NCBI GenBank assembly: GCA_964035575.1
Contig: OZ037844.1
Coordinates: 1,426,001-1,490,000 of the forward strand
Length of the DNA stretch: 64,000 bases
Source of the DNA: Rhynchopus sp. YZ270_cl-10
Taxonomy: Eukaryota
Reading direction: 5' to 3'
Positions 59,159-64,000 of the stretch are shown in pieces; position 1 is the stretch's first letter; the number at the start of each line of letters is the position of its first letter. A program made the translations under genes and the position numbers. Under the pieces are notes generated by a model. The model saw nothing but the letters and a program-made list of their open reading frames with translations. It was not told the DNA's origin and ran no database searches.

Positions 59159-60867
59159 GAAATGTGAAGATGTTGGTCGAAGGTGTGGAGTGCGCATCAC
59201 GACAACCTGCAAGACGTGTCTTATCATTGCGTTTGTTTTCTTCCCCTGACAACGCACTTGTGGAGTCCCGCGCAGCTGATGTTGTGCGATAGGTGACGAT
59301 AGGCCGCAGAAGGTGAAGAAGTTTTGTGTGGAAACACCTTTTTCGTTGCCGCTTTTTTCTTCTATTTCTTTTGATTTGATGGTCCTGGCTGGACCTTAAA
59401 TTGCATCCGGTCCGTTCCTCCAGAAACTCTATGAAGGTGTTGACCGCTCGAACCGATGTCTCCTACCTGAGAGATTACAAAACAGGAGGCGAGGAGGGGT
59501 ATGCGGGGCGTTTTTGTGCCTTCAGGGTCTTTTTGTTTTTCAGCAACCCTGACTCTCCTATATCACCAGTGCATAGCCTTTGTCTTTCTGTTGGGGTATG
59601 CGGGACTTCCCCTAGTCCTCAGGGTCTAAACGCCCCTGCCCTCTTTTATGCAAGTTCACCCTGGCAGGGTATATAAATGCTGGGTCAGGCTGGCCCCCCT
59701 ATGCTATGATGGGTGCTCGCACCCGGAGCATAAATGGCCAGTGGTCAGGCCAGAATCGCTCTGCGGAGTCTCTCTGCCACGCCTTTGGGTTACGGTGTGC
59801 TGCCTGTAAGGACGTCCATGTATATCCCTAAGAGAAAGGGTGAGGCCCAACTGTCGGTACAGCATGGGGCGCCAAGAGAGAGATGTTGTGACCCCCCCCG
59901 CCCACCCCTTTTGTGTTTTTGGGTTTCTGCTCTCTTGTGTAGACTATCGTGCATCAAGCGTTGGGTGCAGCGAAGTGCAGTACCTGTAAGCTCACAACTC
60001 TTCAACGGAAGGTGGGCCGCCGGCTGTCGAGCGGTTGTGAACCGCCCTCGTTCTCTTACGGTACGGGCCAGTCATTAGGTTTCCTTTTTACATCTTCTGT
60101 TGTTGGCCGCAGGGTACTTGTGCTTTCATCCGGATGGCTGGCACCGTACGTGGGTCAGTCGGAGGTGCCTGCATTAATAACTTCACTTTCTTTTGATTTG
60201 ACGGACGGATTGGTCTTTATGGTGGGGTCACATGCGCGTACGAAACCGCTACAGATGTGTTTTAAAGTGTATGAGGAGGTAACCGGGGAACTGGTTTCCG
60301 GGAACCAGTTCCCCGGTTGCCCCCATGTGGTTCCCGGTTCCGAAATGACCGGTTCCCCAAAATTTCGGTTCCAATATTAGGGGAGCCTATACCGGTAATT
60401 TAGGCTCCTTTTGATTTTAAATTGAAATTACTAAGTCTTTTTTGACCTACGACCCGGCAGTGCATTTTTTGGGAGTCTCTCGAGCATTTCTTGCACCATG
60501 CTCATCCTCGAATGACATCATCCCTTGACAACACTGGAATCCCGCACAGCTGATGCTGTGCGATAACGAATGTGATCAAGGTGAGGAACCACGAGAGCTT
60601 CAGGTTCATCTTTGTAAACTTTTCTTTCTTTCCCCTTCGCAGATGTGAAACTCGCACCTGTGAATTCCAAAACAATTCTCTTTAATGATGATCAACACAA
60701 TGCAGACATCAGCCACATAAAAAACAGCACGACTCCATTTGTTTTGCAGCCAACTTCAATACCCCCGTCACAAAGTGTACCAACAAGGACCACTTCCGTT
60801 TGGCTCCTCACAATCCACGCATAAAAAGGAAAACCAAAGAACACACATCAACGAGAAGTTCAAAACC

Positions 60868-63696
60868 ATGTCGAAGCGACACACAGACAGCACACCTGAC
60901 GAGAAGGCACCAAAGAGAAGAAAGCTTTCTGCAGACTCGGTCTTGGTGGAGGCTGCCAGGAACGGCGACACGACTGCCGTGCGGGTGGGACTTGAGAAGC
61001 TCATCCCAGACAGACAGCAAAACGGTTGCCTTCGATACTGTGCACGAGGCATGCAGAGGGAACCACGATGAATGCCTCGCACTGCTTCTTCCGTATGTTG
61101 AGACAACACAGATGGGCTTCGGGATGCTGCTGAGTGAGTGCGTCCACGCAGACCACACTGCGTGCACGGAGGTCCTCTTGCAGCATTGGAAGTCAGTCTG
61201 CAGCAACGTTGCGTTTGTCCCACACGGGCACAAGGAGGAGACCCAAGGTACGACACCTCGTCCCTGTCCAGCCATGTGGGCGGACCCTGCAGTGTGTCAG
61301 GTGCTCATTGATGCAGGGGCAGACATCGAGACAAAGGATGAGGATGGACGTTCACCTCTGCTCAGGGCAAGCATTTCAGGCAAGATCGCAGTTGTGAAGA
61401 TGTTGGTCGAAGCAGGTGCGGGAGTGCGTGTCACAGACAACAAAGGACTCACCTGTCTTATGCTTGCGGCATGTTTTGGACACACCGAGACTGTGCGCTA
61501 TCTTGTGGGCTTGAAGGATGTGGACATGAATCACGCAGATAACAACAGCCACACTGCGTTGCACCTCTCAGTGCATCAAAACCATCCAGATGTGGTGGAG
61601 GTGCTCATTGATGCAGGGGCAGACATCGAGGTAAAGGACAATGATGGTCGTTCACCTCTGCTGTTGGCTAGCAGTTTAGGGCATCTCGATATTGTGAAGA
61701 TCTTGGTCGAAGCGGGTGCGGGAGTGTGTGTCACAAACAACAAAGGGGTCACATGTATTATGATTGCATCACTCTGTGGACACACCGAGACTGTGCGCTA
61801 TCTTGTGGGTTTGAAGGATGTGGACGTGAATGTCACAGAGAACAAAGGCCGCACTGCGTTGTTCGGCGCAGTATGCGAAGGTCATCTAGATGTGATGAAG
61901 GTGCTGTTTGATGCAGGGGCAGACATCGAGGCTAAGGATACGCAAGGGGTTTCGCCTCTGCACACTGCTAGCTGTTTTGGCAACCTCGGGACTGTGAAGA
62001 TGTTGGTTGATGCAGGTGCGGGCGTGTGTGTCACAGACAACAATGGAGAGACATGTCTTATCCTTGCGTCGAGCGCTGGGCACAGCGATACTGTGCGGTA
62101 CCTTGTTGGCTTGAAGGATGTGGACGTGAATCATCATGAACATAACAGCGGCTGCACTGCGTTGCACTTCGCAGTGAAGGGAGGACATGGCGATGTGGTG
62201 CAGGTGCTCATTAATGCAGGGGCAGACATCGAGGCAAAGCTGAAAGATGGTCGTTCACCTCTGCTGTTGGCAAGCAGTTTAGGGCATCTCGACGTTGTGA
62301 AGGTGTTGGTCGAAGCAGGTGCGGGAGTGTGTGTCACAGTGGACGAAGGAGACACGTGTCTTATTATTGCGGCAAATTTTGGAGACACCGAGATTGTGCG
62401 CTATCTTGTGAGATTGTGCGCTATCTTGTGGGCTTGAAGGATGTGGATGTGAATCACCAAGGAATGAATAACCAAACTGCGTTGCACAGTGCTGTGGACG
62501 AAGGACATCCCGATGTGGTGCAGGTGCTCATTGATGCAGGGGCAAGTGTGAACACAAAGGACCACGATGGAAGCTCGCCTCTGCACTGTGCTTGCCGTTT
62601 GGGACATCTCGATATTGTGAAGGTGTTGGTCGAAGCAGGTGCGGGAGTGCGTGCCACAGACAATGATGGAGACACATGTCTTATTCTTGCTGCAAATTTT
62701 GGCCACACCGAGACTGTGCGCTATCTTGTTGGCTTGAAGGATGTGGACGTGAATCACCAAGGCATGCACAACCAAACTGCGTTGTACTGTGCTGTGGACG
62801 AAGGACATCCCGATGTGGTGGAGGTGCTCATTGATGCAGGGGCAGACATCGAGACAAAGAGCAAAAGTGGTGGTTCACCTCTGCACCATGCTTGTCGTTT
62901 GGAGCATCTCGATATTGTGAAGATGTTGGTCGAAGCAGGTACGAGAGTGTGTGTCACAAACAACGATGGACAGACGTGTCTTATGCTTGCGGCTGGTTTT
63001 GGACACACCGAGACTGTGCGCTATCTTGTGGGCTTGAAGGATGTGGACGTGAATCACGCAGAGAACAACGGCCTCACTGCATTAGACTACGCAGTGGAGC
63101 CAGGTCATTGTGATGTGGTGCAGGTGCTCATTGATGCAGGGGCAGACATCGAGACAAAGGATATGCAGGGGTTTTCGCCTCTGCTCCGTGCTAGCCGTTT
63201 TGGCAAGCTGGGGGCTGTGAAGATGTTGGTCGAAGCAGGTGCGGGAGTGCGTGTCACAGACAGCAAAGGATTCACGTGTCTTATGCTTGCGTCGGTCGCT
63301 GGACACACCGATACTGTGCGGTACCTTGTGGGCTTGAACGATGTCGAAGTGAATATTAAGGAACAGAACAACGGAGTCACTGCGTTGCACTACGCAGTTC
63401 AGCAAAAGAATCCAGATGTGGTGCAGCTGCTCATTGATGCAGGGGCAAGCATCGAGGCGAAGATGAAATATGGTCGTTCACCTCTGCTGTTGGCAAGCAG
63501 TTCAGGGGATCTCGATGCTGTGAAGATGTTGGTCGAAGCAGGTGCGGAAGTGTGTGTCACAGACAACAATGGTGACACATGTCGTACGGAGGATGGAGAT
63601 GTTTTGAGGATGTTGGTCCGAGCACGCGCAGGAGAAATAGAACGAACACAGTTGATTCTTCTCGGGAATACCGTGCACCTCTTAGCGAAGGTCTGA
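60868..63696 (+). pseudogene. Ankyrin-repeat family copy 8, two frameshifts
   Basis: 2-nt loss at ~61010 (CCCAGACAGACAGC versus CCCAGACACAGACAGC) and a 20-nt tandem duplication GAGATTGTGCGCTATCTTGT at 62390-62429. Confidence 0.8.
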
Positions 63697-63715
63697 TCTG
63701 TTCGAAAAAATAGTA

Positions 63716-63934
63716 CCGACCCTCCGACGTGAAATTGTTCACCCCCCAAAAAACCGGTATTTTGCCGCCAGGGTCAATTTCAAGGGAGTAGCGGGGACAA
63801 CCTTTGCTCTCTCTTTTTCACACCAAAACGGCCACCCCCCTACAGTACGAGAAATTGTACTCCCTTTTGCCGTACGTGATATTGTCCCCCCCTCACTTTT
63901 TCCCCCAGGGGACAATTTCACGAGGGAGGGTCGG
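63716..63934. mobile_element. MITE, inverted copy of the 28174-28441 family
   Basis: TA-CCGACCCTCC..GTGAAATTGT ... ACAATTTCACGAGGGAGGGTCGG-TA. Confidence 0.85.
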
Positions 63935-64000
63935 TAAATAAATTGTGTTGTGTTTGTTCTGTGTTCGCTACGTTTTGTCACCAAGATGTGCCAAGCATAG

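Noticed and set aside
60868..62430. Compensating frameshifts (-2 and +20) restoring ANK copy 8
   Set aside because: The net frame is restored, but a stop at 61069-61071 intervenes. The 2-nt loss could also be a sequencing error.
18076..63405. Many recurrent minus-strand and alternate-frame ORFs (MAGQGR..., MCPK..., MLQEDL...)
   Set aside because: They are shadows of the repeated ANK coding sequence.
1..64000. tRNA, rRNA or intact transposase genes
   Set aside because: None recognisable by eye.

Overview
Eukaryotic, repeat-rich DNA in which all 13 protein-coding loci lie on the + strand. That layout, plus polypyrimidine-AG sites just upstream of ATGs and GT-AG introns, suggests a polycistronic, trans-splicing protist such as a diplonemid/euglenozoan (inference only). 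Coding content is an array of 8 related ankyrin-repeat genes (6 apparently full-length, 1 5'-truncated, 1 frameshifted), two Ubl+DUF4116-like repeat proteins, a 3-exon DHHC palmitoyltransferase and two hypothetical genes. Intergenic DNA holds many non-autonomous TIR/foldback elements, including a nested cluster at 33.5-40.3 kb. Two features stand out. (1) The ankyrin genes have a near-invariant NLS-bearing N-terminus and a ~300-nt three-repeat module with constant framework DNA and hypervariable binding-face codons, shuffled between paralogs. (2) About 30 short hairpins in at least 6 families are dispersed between genes, all on the + strand, with G-U pairs, compensatory changes and a shared stem/AAC/U-tract layout, suggesting undescribed structured RNA or RNA-processing elements.
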